DNA from: a virus
Direction: 5' to 3' (one strand)
DNA: 64,000 nt
IMG/VR virus record: IMGVR_UViG_3300032282_002092
Coordinates: 9,458-73,457 of that record
Below are positions 1-9,226 of the stretch, one piece after another. The translations under genes were made by a program, and so were the position numbers. Under the pieces are notes generated by a model, which ran no database searches, had not been told where the DNA came from, and saw only the letters and a list, made by a program, of their open reading frames with translations. Within the stretch, counting starts at the first letter, position 1. Each line of letters opens with the position of its first letter.

Positions 1-2066
1 GCCACAGCAACATTTTCTGGATCCTCTAACTGCCACGCATTAATCAATGCTCCGTACCCGGTAACTACTGCTTCCGCAGTAACAGGGTCCTCTGGACCAA
101 GATACGCAGCCAGCGGAATGCCTAACCATGACGGTGGTGACACCGACTTATTAGTCACCATTTGTGATGCATCAAGACCAGCATTAATCTTTGACAAACT
201 GTTGGCTGTATATCCATTGTTGCGCTCAACATACAGGATGCACTCAGATGTAATGGTTTCATCCCAATAAAACGTAACGTAATTCAACACATCTTCTGCG
301 TAAAGATCATCCATAGAACTTACATCACGACTAATCAATAATACAGATATTTTTTCTGAACTACTGGGGTTCCAGATAACAGCATTTGATATCGGGTAAT
401 AGTCTTCTCGGCTAAACGGAATCGTGATGCTGTTGTTGCTGTGGTCCACTGTCACCAGTGATTCACCGTTGATCCCAGTGAGCATTGCTCTGAAAGGGAT
501 GCTAAGTTCTGCGTAATTGACTTGATCACCGTTGTCGTCAAACATGAGATCGACATACCGGTTTCCATCGATTGTGGATTCAACCCTAGGAATCTGTCGC
601 AGGTCACCGGGTTTGAGTACGTCAAACTGTGGTATCACAGTACTGCCAGCGGGAACCCAACTGTAGACAAGACCATCGTCCTTCTCGGAATCTGATGAGT
701 AGTTATTGGGATTGTCCAGCGTCCTGCCGAACAAGCGGCCAGCGGAAACGGCTTTGTTGTTGTACCAAAGGCTGTACGACTTGCCCTGCTTATCGGCAAG
801 GTCACCGGCCCCGTACCAGCAGAAGTCACTGGTATTGGCATCAGTCTTGATTCCCATCCCATAGGTGGAGTCGCCGTCGAAGTACGGCCAACCCATGAGC
901 GTTCCCGGTTCGATAAGAACCTCGTCTAACAGTAACTGTGGGTAGTGCCAACTATCGTCGGCGTAATAGCCGCGGACCTCAAATACAAGACGCAGACTTT
1001 CCGTGTGCTGTACTGATCGGATACCGTAGATGTGCTGAAGCACTACGGGTGGAGAAATGTTGTCTACATCATCTGTAACACTGTTTCTCAAATCCCATTC
1101 TTCACAAAGCCCTAAATCTTGAAGACCCCAGTCAATCTCATACATTTCCGTGTATGGGTCATACCACATGACCCCAGCACGTAAGATGCCGTGACCAGCG
1201 ACCTTAGCCTGAAACGTGAAATGCTCTTGCGCCAGCATCTCTGGGTTAAAAGAATTGGAATATACATAGAGCCTGTGGTATGGGTCGTACTCAGGTAGTG
1301 ACGAACTTCCACTGGGTCCATAAAAGTACCCTACAAATGGACTGCTGTATGTATCTACACCATTACCAATATAGTCGTTACTAGCGCTATTAGTGATCCA
1401 GTGATCTGTATTGGATGCCTCAAATGAAGGATTAGCAATAAAGTTCACTCGCTGTGGAGTTATCCACAGGTTGTGTACATGAGCACCCTCAAATGGCCTA
1501 GTACCGAAAAGAAAGAGGGTTGGACCCTCGTCAGGACTTACCGCTTCAGGAGTGGTAACCCCGGTGCTCCACCGGAACAACCAGTTACCGGAAACTGTTG
1601 AGTCATATCGTGTGGTGAATACATCTCCAGCACGAACGATTCCCGTCAGGCACGGAGTGGTCGTGATCATAAGCACGATGTTGTAATGATCTGATTCCTC
1701 AATGCCGAGATCGACGGAGTCAGCGAATAGCACTACCGCACGGGCCTCACACGGCTGCATATCAGCGTATCCAAAAGTAAATTCGGAGGGGATAGTGAGG
1801 TATGTGTGCTGCCCAACGACTTGCAGCGCAGATGTGACAGCCAACGATGGAGCAAATCCTCGGGCCGAATCGATTTCTCTCCACCCATCAACCGTGATTA
1901 GGTGGTCTAGATGTTCACCATCTTCCCCAACCGGCAGGGTTCCGATCTCACCATCGAAACGCAGACGCACTTGATCAAGGATTGTGATGCGTACATCCAA
2001 ACCGTCAAGCACCTCAGGGGTGCTGGCAATGCAGTTCTTCAGGGCATTTGAGAAGTAAACGGCCAT
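1..2066 (-). CDS. Large baseplate/tail-associated structural protein, partial (runs off the left edge)
   Basis: Not in the ORF track. ATG at 2066 follows the TGA of the upstream gene (2068). Manual translation gives MAVYFSNALKNCIASTPEV...RVNFIANPSFE...PYFDGDS. The frame stayed open where I checked (to about 320); NPSFE and YFDG motifs are typical of tail/baseplate proteins. Confidence 0.7.
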   Translation of the reverse strand, partial: MAVYFSNALKNCIASTPEVLDGLDVRITILDQVRLRFDGEIGTLPVGEDGEHLDHLITVDGWREIDSARGFAPSLAVTSALQVVGQHTYLTIPSEFTFGYADMQPCEARAVVLFADSVDLGIEESDHYNIVLMITTTPCLTGIVRAGDVFTTRYDSTVSGNWLFRWSTGVTTPEAVSPDEGPTLFLFGTRPFEGAHVHNLWITPQRVNFIANPSFEASNTDHWITNSASNDYIGNGVDTYSSPFVGYFYGPSGSSSLPEYDPYHRLYVYSNSFNPEMLAQEHFTFQAKVAGHGILRAGVMWYDPYTEMYEIDWGLQDLGLCEEWDLRNSVTDDVDNISPPVVLQHIYGIRSVQHTESLRLVFEVRGYYADDSWHYPQLLLDEVLIEPGTLMGWPYFDGDSTYGMGIKTDANTSDFCWYGAGDLADKQGKSYSLWYNNKAVSAGRLFGRTLDNPNNYSSDSEKDDGLVYSWVPAGSTVIPQFDVLKPGDLRQIPRVESTIDGNRYVDLMFDDNGDQVNYAELSIPFRAMLTGINGESLVTVDHSNNSITIPFSREDYYPISNAVIWNPSSSEKISVLLISRDVSSMDDLYAEDVLNYVTFYWDETITSECILYVERNNGYTANSLSKINAGLDASQMVTNKSVSPPSWLGIPLAAYLGPEDPVTAEAVVTGYGALINAWQLEDPENVAV

Positions 2067-2067
2067 G

Positions 2068-3891
2068 TCAGGAACCTATGGTCTTAAGGGATTCAGGGTT
2101 AAAGCCTTCAGGAAGCGGTCCAGCACTATCTCCGATGTATTCGTAATCATCGCTAAGGGTAATGACAAAGTCAGGAGCGTAACTACCGACTGTTGTCGGT
2201 TCCCCAACGTAGTAAACCATTGCCCCCATCATATAAAAGTATGGAGCGGAATCTTCCGCAGGAGTAGCCTGTCGATTCTGGACAATAACGAGCGGGATTG
2301 CGTATTGAGCGGTGGCCGGTGATTCGGCCTGCACAAATACCTGCCTCCAACCATCGACCCATGGGTTAGGTGTACCGGGACCAAAGTTGACCCCATGCGA
2401 TACGCCAACCATTTGACCTTGGGTTGAGAACCATGCGAAGGCTCCACGTACATATTGCGGCACCGGCCCAGAGTATTGGAACTGGAACCCGTATACCCGG
2501 TTACCAATTACTGGGATGCCATTTGACTCGGGGACCATTGTCGTGTACTGCGGAATCCCATTTACAAGACCGTCATATCGGGAGCCATATCCACACGACA
2601 GAATGATGTGCGCAGTTTCCTGACCCTTAGTGGTGGAAACACGCATCACACCTTGGCCCGCATTTTCGGCCCGTGTCGGAGCGTCATAGGGTGCTTCCAA
2701 GATGAGTTCACTGGCATACGTCCAGATGTCTGCGGTAGTGATAGCGCTCGTGGCACTGGCAACGCCAGCGTAGAAAGTGGTTGCTCCGAAATCCGTTTCT
2801 GCCGAATCAAACACAGTAGAACCCGTGGCAGTGGCAGCGGTCGCTGTAAATAGTGCGTGGAGGGCAGGGTAACCGTCTACATCCACCGTGGCGTTGAACG
2901 CCTCACCTGTAACGGTGGCATCACCCGATGGTTCAATGACTATGCCTGTGGCGACATCTCGTCCACCGGGAAAGGCAACCCAGTTGCCAGAACTATGAGC
3001 GAATTCACTGTCGTCATTCAGCAACATCAAGTTCTCACCGACAGACAGGTGCGACCGGTACTTGGTAGCAGCCTCTACCAGTAGACGTAGTCCCTCAGGA
3101 GTTCCACGCTCGCTGTGGAGTTCTGCCAACCTTGCAACCATATGTCGATATCGGATGTCACCAAGGCCTGCCTCGTACGGCAGCCCGAGGTTCTCGCCAA
3201 TGTGGCGAAGCAGTGCGATAGGGACTGTATCAATGTGATACATGTCCAGCCAAGAATCAACATACCCACGGATGCCGTCCAGTTCTGCACCAAACACCGA
3301 TAAGAACTGTCGCAGGTATCCGTTATCGGGCCGGTAGAAATCATCACGCTGCCGGTAGTACGGAGGCAGCGACTGCCAGAGTTTGTCCGTGTGTCCCAGA
3401 TCAGCAGGAAGAAACACACTGGACTGGACTGCCGCCACCCACTCCAACCCACGGTTGAAGAACAGTGTGTAGTAGTACCACTTGCCAGATTGCAAGGGCG
3501 TGTCCTTGACCACAATAGTAATCGGTGTCCCGTTCAAATCCAGTGTCCAACTGTCTTTGTAAGCGTGCTGGACGGTCACACCATCGTTAACGGTTACCGG
3601 GTAACCAAAGCAGGAACGGACAATCACCAGTTCCCACGAGGCCCACTCCTTGATATCGGGAGGCCAGCCCCACGAGATATCAATCGTGTCATAGCCGTTT
3701 ATCTCCGTTACCAGCGAGTAGTTGGCAATCGTGTCAGCAATCGTTACGGTTTCGCCACCGTAACGGAGTGCCGCTTTCTTGTCAGAAGAATCGGCCCGTA
3801 CGTAATCTCCACCAGTAACGTCTCCGTACTGATTTCGCTGAACGGTAAACGCAGGAGCACCGTCGGTATACGGAATCCAGTTATCACTCAT
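2068..3891 (-). CDS. Baseplate wedge / phage tail protein (P2 gpI-like domain)
   Basis: LPPYY..D..L.QFL..FG.ELD...LL.HIG..LG...RGTPEGL pattern; lies directly after baseplate J. Confidence 0.75.
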   Translation of the reverse strand: MSDNWIPYTDGAPAFTVQRNQYGDVTGGDYVRADSSDKKAALRYGGETVTIADTIANYSLVTEINGYDTIDISWGWPPDIKEWASWELVIVRSCFGYPVTVNDGVTVQHAYKDSWTLDLNGTPITIVVKDTPLQSGKWYYYTLFFNRGLEWVAAVQSSVFLPADLGHTDKLWQSLPPYYRQRDDFYRPDNGYLRQFLSVFGAELDGIRGYVDSWLDMYHIDTVPIALLRHIGENLGLPYEAGLGDIRYRHMVARLAELHSERGTPEGLRLLVEAATKYRSHLSVGENLMLLNDDSEFAHSSGNWVAFPGGRDVATGIVIEPSGDATVTGEAFNATVDVDGYPALHALFTATAATATGSTVFDSAETDFGATTFYAGVASATSAITTADIWTYASELILEAPYDAPTRAENAGQGVMRVSTTKGQETAHIILSCGYGSRYDGLVNGIPQYTTMVPESNGIPVIGNRVYGFQFQYSGPVPQYVRGAFAWFSTQGQMVGVSHGVNFGPGTPNPWVDGWRQVFVQAESPATAQYAIPLVIVQNRQATPAEDSAPYFYMMGAMVYYVGEPTTVGSYAPDFVITLSDDYEYIGDSAGPLPEGFNPESLKTIGS

Positions 3892-5549
3892 GTGTTAGGC
3901 ATGCCCCCAACAGCCTGAACCCAAAGCCCGTTATGCGTGCGCTCTGCGAGCGTCAGGGTCGGGAACGACACCTCAGGTTCCACTACCTCGTCAGCACTGA
4001 GCCTGAGAATAGTACGAGTGGTAGGAATTACGTTAGTAATAGAACGGTTGTCATCACGCTGGAAGATGTCCACCTCTACTGCCGTATTTGACGGCGCAGC
4101 GGTATCAAGCCAGAACACGTCGGCCCACTCAACGCCGGGAATCGCCAAAATCTTTCGGTACACCTGACCGATAGTGATCTTGTAGTCAAAGTCCACATTG
4201 TCAAATGCGAATAGTGCCTTAAGTGCTGTTTCGACATCCGTCTTGACCTTGGTCCGGTTATATGTGGATTCAACATGAAGGTTGACACGAACCCACACGT
4301 CAGTCCAGAGATCAGCGAACGACCGAGGCTCCGCAACCACGGTTGTTCCTACAAGGATCTTGTCGGCCAAGAAGTGCTCCACACCGGTACAGATTCGGTC
4401 CATGTAATCGTCCGAGGCATTTCCACCAACGGGAGCCACACGGACGAAGATCACCGAATAGATAGTCCCATATGCAACCGCCTTGGCTACGCCGGGAACC
4501 TGCAACGCCAGATCGGAATAGTCCGACAGCGTGATGGCACGCTTCTTCAGACGACCAGCAGCCGTGGGAATTGAGTATCGCATCGATTCAATGCTCTCAA
4601 TATCAGAACCGCCTACAGGAACATCAGTGCTGGTAACTGTCACCCCTGCAAGGTCCACGCCAACTACCGGGGCAATCGATGTAACCGCACCGATGGGCAG
4701 AGAGTTTGCGGCCGCACCCTTACCCGTCCGGTAAGAGACAAACAGGTCCGTGTTGATCGGAGGGATTCGACCGCTGGCGTTATCACCGAACAGAATGTGG
4801 GTCACGTCAGAATCGTCAACGTACGAGGTGAAGACGGACTGTGTTGGTGTTGCGGCCGCAATGTCATCGACGTAAGTCCAGTCGATAAGCCGCCCACCTT
4901 CTCGTGAGTACACGGTAAGCGTTCCAAAGATCACGCCAGTGTCAATCGGGATACTCCAGTTTGGGTACCCCTTGCTGAAGCCAAGCGGTCGGTTAGATAC
5001 CGACACACCCTCGGTAGCCGTAGCAACGGCGGTAACTGTCGTACCCGTAGTCAATGGACCAAGCGTTACGTCGCTATCAACTTCAAAGGTGTACGCATTG
5101 CCTGACCCGTTGTCCGACGTACGTACTTGCGTCCTTGCCGGGATCGTGACTGTATAAGTTGCCGGATCCACGTTGATCAACTTGGTGTAGTCCAGAGTGA
5201 ACTCCAGTGTGACCGTAGCCGCCTGCTGGCCGATAGGCGTATATCCAAGCATGTCTGCGATATACAAAATGCTCTGGCGACGCTGTGCGGTACTCAGGAA
5301 CGATTCCCCGGCAGCACGGTCGATGTAAAAGTGCAGCACGTCACCCATGTACGCAAACAGTTCAAGGAGCAGCGTTCCAAAATCTCCCGCCTCGCCCGCT
5401 GTGCTCCAGTCAGGCATAAGGCCTTTAGCAAGTCCTACTAACTGGGACCTAATTGCGGCGAAGTCGCGATTCGTGTAATCAAGTACCACACGGTTGTGCG
5501 AGGTAAGAAAGTCTGACGATGTGATCGGGATTCCAATGTCAGCCATCAC
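3888..5549 (-). CDS. Baseplate J / gp6-like wedge protein
   Basis: DYTNRDF, DFGTLLLELFAYMGDVLHFYID, FGDNASGRIP, GGSDIES and RAITLSDY motifs. Confidence 0.9.
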   Translation of the reverse strand: MMADIGIPITSSDFLTSHNRVVLDYTNRDFAAIRSQLVGLAKGLMPDWSTAGEAGDFGTLLLELFAYMGDVLHFYIDRAAGESFLSTAQRRQSILYIADMLGYTPIGQQAATVTLEFTLDYTKLINVDPATYTVTIPARTQVRTSDNGSGNAYTFEVDSDVTLGPLTTGTTVTAVATATEGVSVSNRPLGFSKGYPNWSIPIDTGVIFGTLTVYSREGGRLIDWTYVDDIAAATPTQSVFTSYVDDSDVTHILFGDNASGRIPPINTDLFVSYRTGKGAAANSLPIGAVTSIAPVVGVDLAGVTVTSTDVPVGGSDIESIESMRYSIPTAAGRLKKRAITLSDYSDLALQVPGVAKAVAYGTIYSVIFVRVAPVGGNASDDYMDRICTGVEHFLADKILVGTTVVAEPRSFADLWTDVWVRVNLHVESTYNRTKVKTDVETALKALFAFDNVDFDYKITIGQVYRKILAIPGVEWADVFWLDTAAPSNTAVEVDIFQRDDNRSITNVIPTTRTILRLSADEVVEPEVSFPTLTLAERTHNGLWVQAVGGMPNT

Positions 5550-5944
5550 GCACCAACTTGTTTCTGACTCAATGAGTCACTCATAAGGGGAATTGTCAGG
5601 ATCTGGGAGTCCTGAATAAGGGACGGCCTGTATTGTATATCAACATTGAGCACGCCGTTATCCCGTTCGGGATTTGAGAACCTTACGTACTCAACAATAA
5701 CTCTACTAGACAAACTCTGGATACGTTCCTTGATTCGGTTTGCCGCATCAGAGCGTACCATTGCATCGTTTGGATTGAACAGTGCCGATTGTAAGTCACT
5801 TCCGTAGGTTGCCCTGAACGTCCGCTCACCTTGATTGGTCATCAGAGCATCAACGATCTGGCCGCGAATAATGGCATTGTAATCAGTCGTGGTCGATATC
5901 CGACCAGTACTTGACACGGTAAACGGTACCGTTAATCCAATCAT
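5546..5944 (-). CDS. GPW/gp25-like baseplate protein
   Basis: LMTNQGER.FR..YGSDL...LF motif; 132 aa; synteny. Confidence 0.9.
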   Translation of the reverse strand: MIGLTVPFTVSSTGRISTTTDYNAIIRGQIVDALMTNQGERTFRATYGSDLQSALFNPNDAMVRSDAANRIKERIQSLSSRVIVEYVRFSNPERDNGVLNVDIQYRPSLIQDSQILTIPLMSDSLSQKQVGA

Positions 5945-5946
5945 TT

Positions 5947-7167
5947 CTATACGCCCTTAATAGAAGTTTTGTATTGCGTTGACCAACTATGATTAAAAAT
6001 ACTACCCGATAAAAGCCGTGCTGTTGGAATGCCAATCTCAAACTCGTCCCAGAACGGTCGATACACACCACTGTCTTTTACGGTGGGAACCGGTACCGGT
6101 CGCCCCAGAGTAAGGTTGCTGTTGAAGGTAGTTCTAGTCATGGAGTGTTCAACTCCTATAACTAACCAGCGGCCGTTATATCGGGCCGATGCGGAGGCCT
6201 GTCCGGTGTTGATGGTTACCGTCATGCCGGGATAGATACTCGCATCACCTTTGATGCGTGCCTCTGCTTGCTGAGTCCAGCGTTCGATGTTCCGGTCTAC
6301 ACCAGCAATCACTTCACGACCCTGCTCCACCGACAGGATCGGGAACGTCACGGGGATGTAATTCTTGGCCCCAGTGCCACCCTTTTGGATAGTCACATCA
6401 CCATTGCTGCTCAGGATTGAGGTGATCAGTCCCTGCTTGTTGTACAACTGGGGGCTTGTTTCTGTCGGCTGAAAATCCATGAGCGAACGCTGCGGATCCT
6501 CCAGCACATCGGAAGTTGTCGTGAGAATCCTGTAGGGGGTCTTTTCCATAAGTTTCAGCGGGTCGCATACACGGATTACAGGACCCCAAGTGAAGACAAT
6601 GTAGCCAATAAGTAGGCACGTATTACAGATGAATTCCCAATCCGTCTCCGTGGACTGCCCCCGTGCCTGCCACCGATAGTTGCTACCGTGTGACAGCAGC
6701 GTCAGTCCAGCGGCTTCAGTACGTAACTGAATCAGTTCTGGGATTGTCTTGTTGGTGTCCATGCGGCGAGTTACCTGTTGCAGAATGAACGATGCGCCGG
6801 TCATATCGATCTGGAAATCGATGCTCTGCTTGAACCGCTGATTGGGAGTGACAGCAGTGACGTACCCGGTAAATGTCTCCGTAACACCATTGATCCCGTA
6901 AGTGAACTTGATGGGTTGATCGACCATCTGCTCAACTACAACGGTCTGAGACGCACCAGTGGGGTCCGTCTCATCAATAGGAATCTGATATGAACCGTCC
7001 ATCTGGAGTGTCCCATTGAGCACTACGGATAGGGTGGCAACATCATGCTCGTTTGCGTAACGAGTAATGCTGCACTCACGAACCACTAACGGATACTTAA
7101 TCTCACCGATGTATACGTCCGATATCGGTATGTTTAGAAATGACGGATCAATAGAAATAGTGGGCAT
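5947..7167 (-). CDS. Baseplate hub protein (gpD/VgrG-like)
   Basis: FTGYV, QSTETDWEF, G...IYPGMTV and YNGRWLVIGVEH motifs. Confidence 0.8.
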   Translation of the reverse strand: MPTISIDPSFLNIPISDVYIGEIKYPLVVRECSITRYANEHDVATLSVVLNGTLQMDGSYQIPIDETDPTGASQTVVVEQMVDQPIKFTYGINGVTETFTGYVTAVTPNQRFKQSIDFQIDMTGASFILQQVTRRMDTNKTIPELIQLRTEAAGLTLLSHGSNYRWQARGQSTETDWEFICNTCLLIGYIVFTWGPVIRVCDPLKLMEKTPYRILTTTSDVLEDPQRSLMDFQPTETSPQLYNKQGLITSILSSNGDVTIQKGGTGAKNYIPVTFPILSVEQGREVIAGVDRNIERWTQQAEARIKGDASIYPGMTVTINTGQASASARYNGRWLVIGVEHSMTRTTFNSNLTLGRPVPVPTVKDSGVYRPFWDEFEIGIPTARLLSGSIFNHSWSTQYKTSIKGV

Positions 7168-7169
7168 AC

Positions 7170-7505
7170 TTACACCGGAATCTTTATAACCGTTCCCGGC
7201 TCTAGATCAAGTGGATACCAAATGTGTGGATTAAAATCAGCAATAGTCCACCACAAGTTGTGGTTCTGAAGAAACGTGTATGCCAGAAGTTGAAGACTGT
7301 CGCCCTCTTTTGCAATGTACTCCAAGTAGTTCTGAGAGGTTGACGGTGAGTCCGGTAACCGGTACAGGATCGTGTTGTTCTGGAGCATCGGCTCGGTTGA
7401 ACTTGGGTCATCACCATCAATCAGTACACGCCGGTACTTGTCATACGAGTGACCGGTCGCATACATCTTGGAAGAATCGGCATATCGGGAGTTACCGGTA
7501 ATCAT
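7170..7505 (-). CDS. LysM/tail-X-like baseplate protein
   Basis: SRY N-terminus; GDSLQLLAY...LWWTIADFNP...LEPGTVIKIP. Confidence 0.85.
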   Translation of the reverse strand: MITGNSRYADSSKMYATGHSYDKYRRVLIDGDDPSSTEPMLQNNTILYRLPDSPSTSQNYLEYIAKEGDSLQLLAYTFLQNHNLWWTIADFNPHIWYPLDLEPGTVIKIPV

Positions 7506-9226
7506 CAGACGTAGTTCCTACCAGTCGTCTCAAAGTTGTTGGTAGTGCCGACATTAGCGGTGATGACATCGTTGCCCAGAGGATTGGGGCGAACGATCAT
7601 ATGGAATAAGTCCATGAAGTGGGAGATCGTCATTACCTGCTCCAGTACACCCGCCTGCCCACCAGCGGCATGCAGTACTGTGATGTACTTATCATCAACC
7701 CTAGTGATAATTCCTACGTGACCTGTTGGGCGACCCGGTTGCCACGCTTTGTAAGCAAAGGCCAGATCCCCCGGCATGATTGATTTACGGTTCGTGGCTG
7801 ACGAGAACCACTTCTTTGCTTGGTCGTAAGTTGCGGCACCAGCACTCTGTGCGATGGATATACCGATAGCAGCGTCAGCAGACGCATGATCGTTGTGTGA
7901 CCATGCGTAGATCAGTTCCCCATTGTGACCCTTTTTGCCTGCCGTAAATTTGCCGAAGTTAAAGCCGTTGATCATGGAGGTGGAGTTGCCAGAGCCATAA
8001 CCCCAACCACGGAGATTGCGTGTACCACAGGTCTTTGTGTAGCCGGTAATTACGAACGGGCTGCATGCGGTGTAGTGCAGATATCCAGTAGAGTCCACCC
8101 CTTGCCAGATTTTTGACCAGTCAGATGAGTACTGGGTGTATCCATTCCGCATGTGGGCACGGAGCCAGTTGATCACTGCCACACGGGCAGTGGCGTTGTT
8201 GTTTGCAACCCTAGTGGTTGTATCGACATATGTATTAACCACCGGACTGGCAGACTTTACGGTGATCTCTACAGTGCTGGGGAGTGCTGCGTCACCTTCA
8301 GGGGTTGCGGGGGTGGTGACTACCGATTCTGAGATGCGGTTAAACCCATAGAGATCAGCAACGGTCCTCGGAGAAACATCACTATCTGTAGGAAGGGTGG
8401 TCGCCGTTGTGGAGTCCTGAATACCAATGCTGTTGCCAAAATCACCGCCAGCACCGCTGAGTGGTCCGATGTATGTAACACGCATCTCCAGAGCGATGCG
8501 CATACGTGTCGGGATCATCCGGTGGCTGAACTTCTCAAATGTGACCTGAGCGTTGATCGGACGGCCGGTTACCGTAATGTAATCGCTGAAGATAACTGTG
8601 ATGTCCCGTGGGTTGACCATCATCACGCCGTTATCGGGAACTGAGTTATTGGTGGCACCAGAAGTGTTTGGTACCACATTTCGTACCACTAGATCGAAAT
8701 ATTCGTAGTCAACGAGTACCCCACGATGGTTGGGGGTTGCTGCGACCTCATCACCACGGTCGAACAGAAGTTCAAAGTTGAAGTTCATAAAACTTGGCGG
8801 GGCTACCAAGTTATTGGAGTTGTACACCGTATTGAACGGGTCAATTGTTGCTTGATCCAGATACGACACGTAGTCACGAACGATCTGCTCAGGGTTGTAC
8901 ATGAAGTTGAACTTGGCTGACGATGATGCGTCACCAATCTCCGTATTGGCACGACGGATATATCCGCGCTTGATCGGCTCCTGCTCTACCGCTGGATGCA
9001 TCCGACCCAACGTACCGGGGGAGAATGGGGGGTTGGATGACACGCCAGAGGAAGTCTTGTTGACGGCCAGCCAATCCTTGATCAAGCGCTGCCGTAACTG
9101 CTCACGAGCATAATTAGAATTACCCTGTGACGTGTCAAGGGCGCTTACATTAGTCCCGTTAACATTGTATGCAGGACTACTCTTCTGACCATTTACGTTT
9201 GTATTTACAGGTGAATAACTTCTCAT
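7505..9226 (-). CDS. Tail-tube initiator-like protein fused to an NlpC/P60-like hydrolase domain
   Basis: N-half F.FMYNPEQI...FELLFDR; C-half ACSPFV...PGDL...GHVGI...LHAAG (Cys-His-His). Confidence 0.65.
   Translation of the reverse strand: MRSYSPVNTNVNGQKSSPAYNVNGTNVSALDTSQGNSNYAREQLRQRLIKDWLAVNKTSSGVSSNPPFSPGTLGRMHPAVEQEPIKRGYIRRANTEIGDASSSAKFNFMYNPEQIVRDYVSYLDQATIDPFNTVYNSNNLVAPPSFMNFNFELLFDRGDEVAATPNHRGVLVDYEYFDLVVRNVVPNTSGATNNSVPDNGVMMVNPRDITVIFSDYITVTGRPINAQVTFEKFSHRMIPTRMRIALEMRVTYIGPLSGAGGDFGNSIGIQDSTTATTLPTDSDVSPRTVADLYGFNRISESVVTTPATPEGDAALPSTVEITVKSASPVVNTYVDTTTRVANNNATARVAVINWLRAHMRNGYTQYSSDWSKIWQGVDSTGYLHYTACSPFVITGYTKTCGTRNLRGWGYGSGNSTSMINGFNFGKFTAGKKGHNGELIYAWSHNDHASADAAIGISIAQSAGAATYDQAKKWFSSATNRKSIMPGDLAFAYKAWQPGRPTGHVGIITRVDDKYITVLHAAGGQAGVLEQVMTISHFMDLFHMIVRPNPLGNDVITANVGTTNNFETTGRNYV

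Noticed and set aside
629-1974. Short ORFs listed in the track near the left edge
   Set aside because: They overlap a longer minus-strand frame starting at 2066 that appears to run off the window and was therefore not listed.
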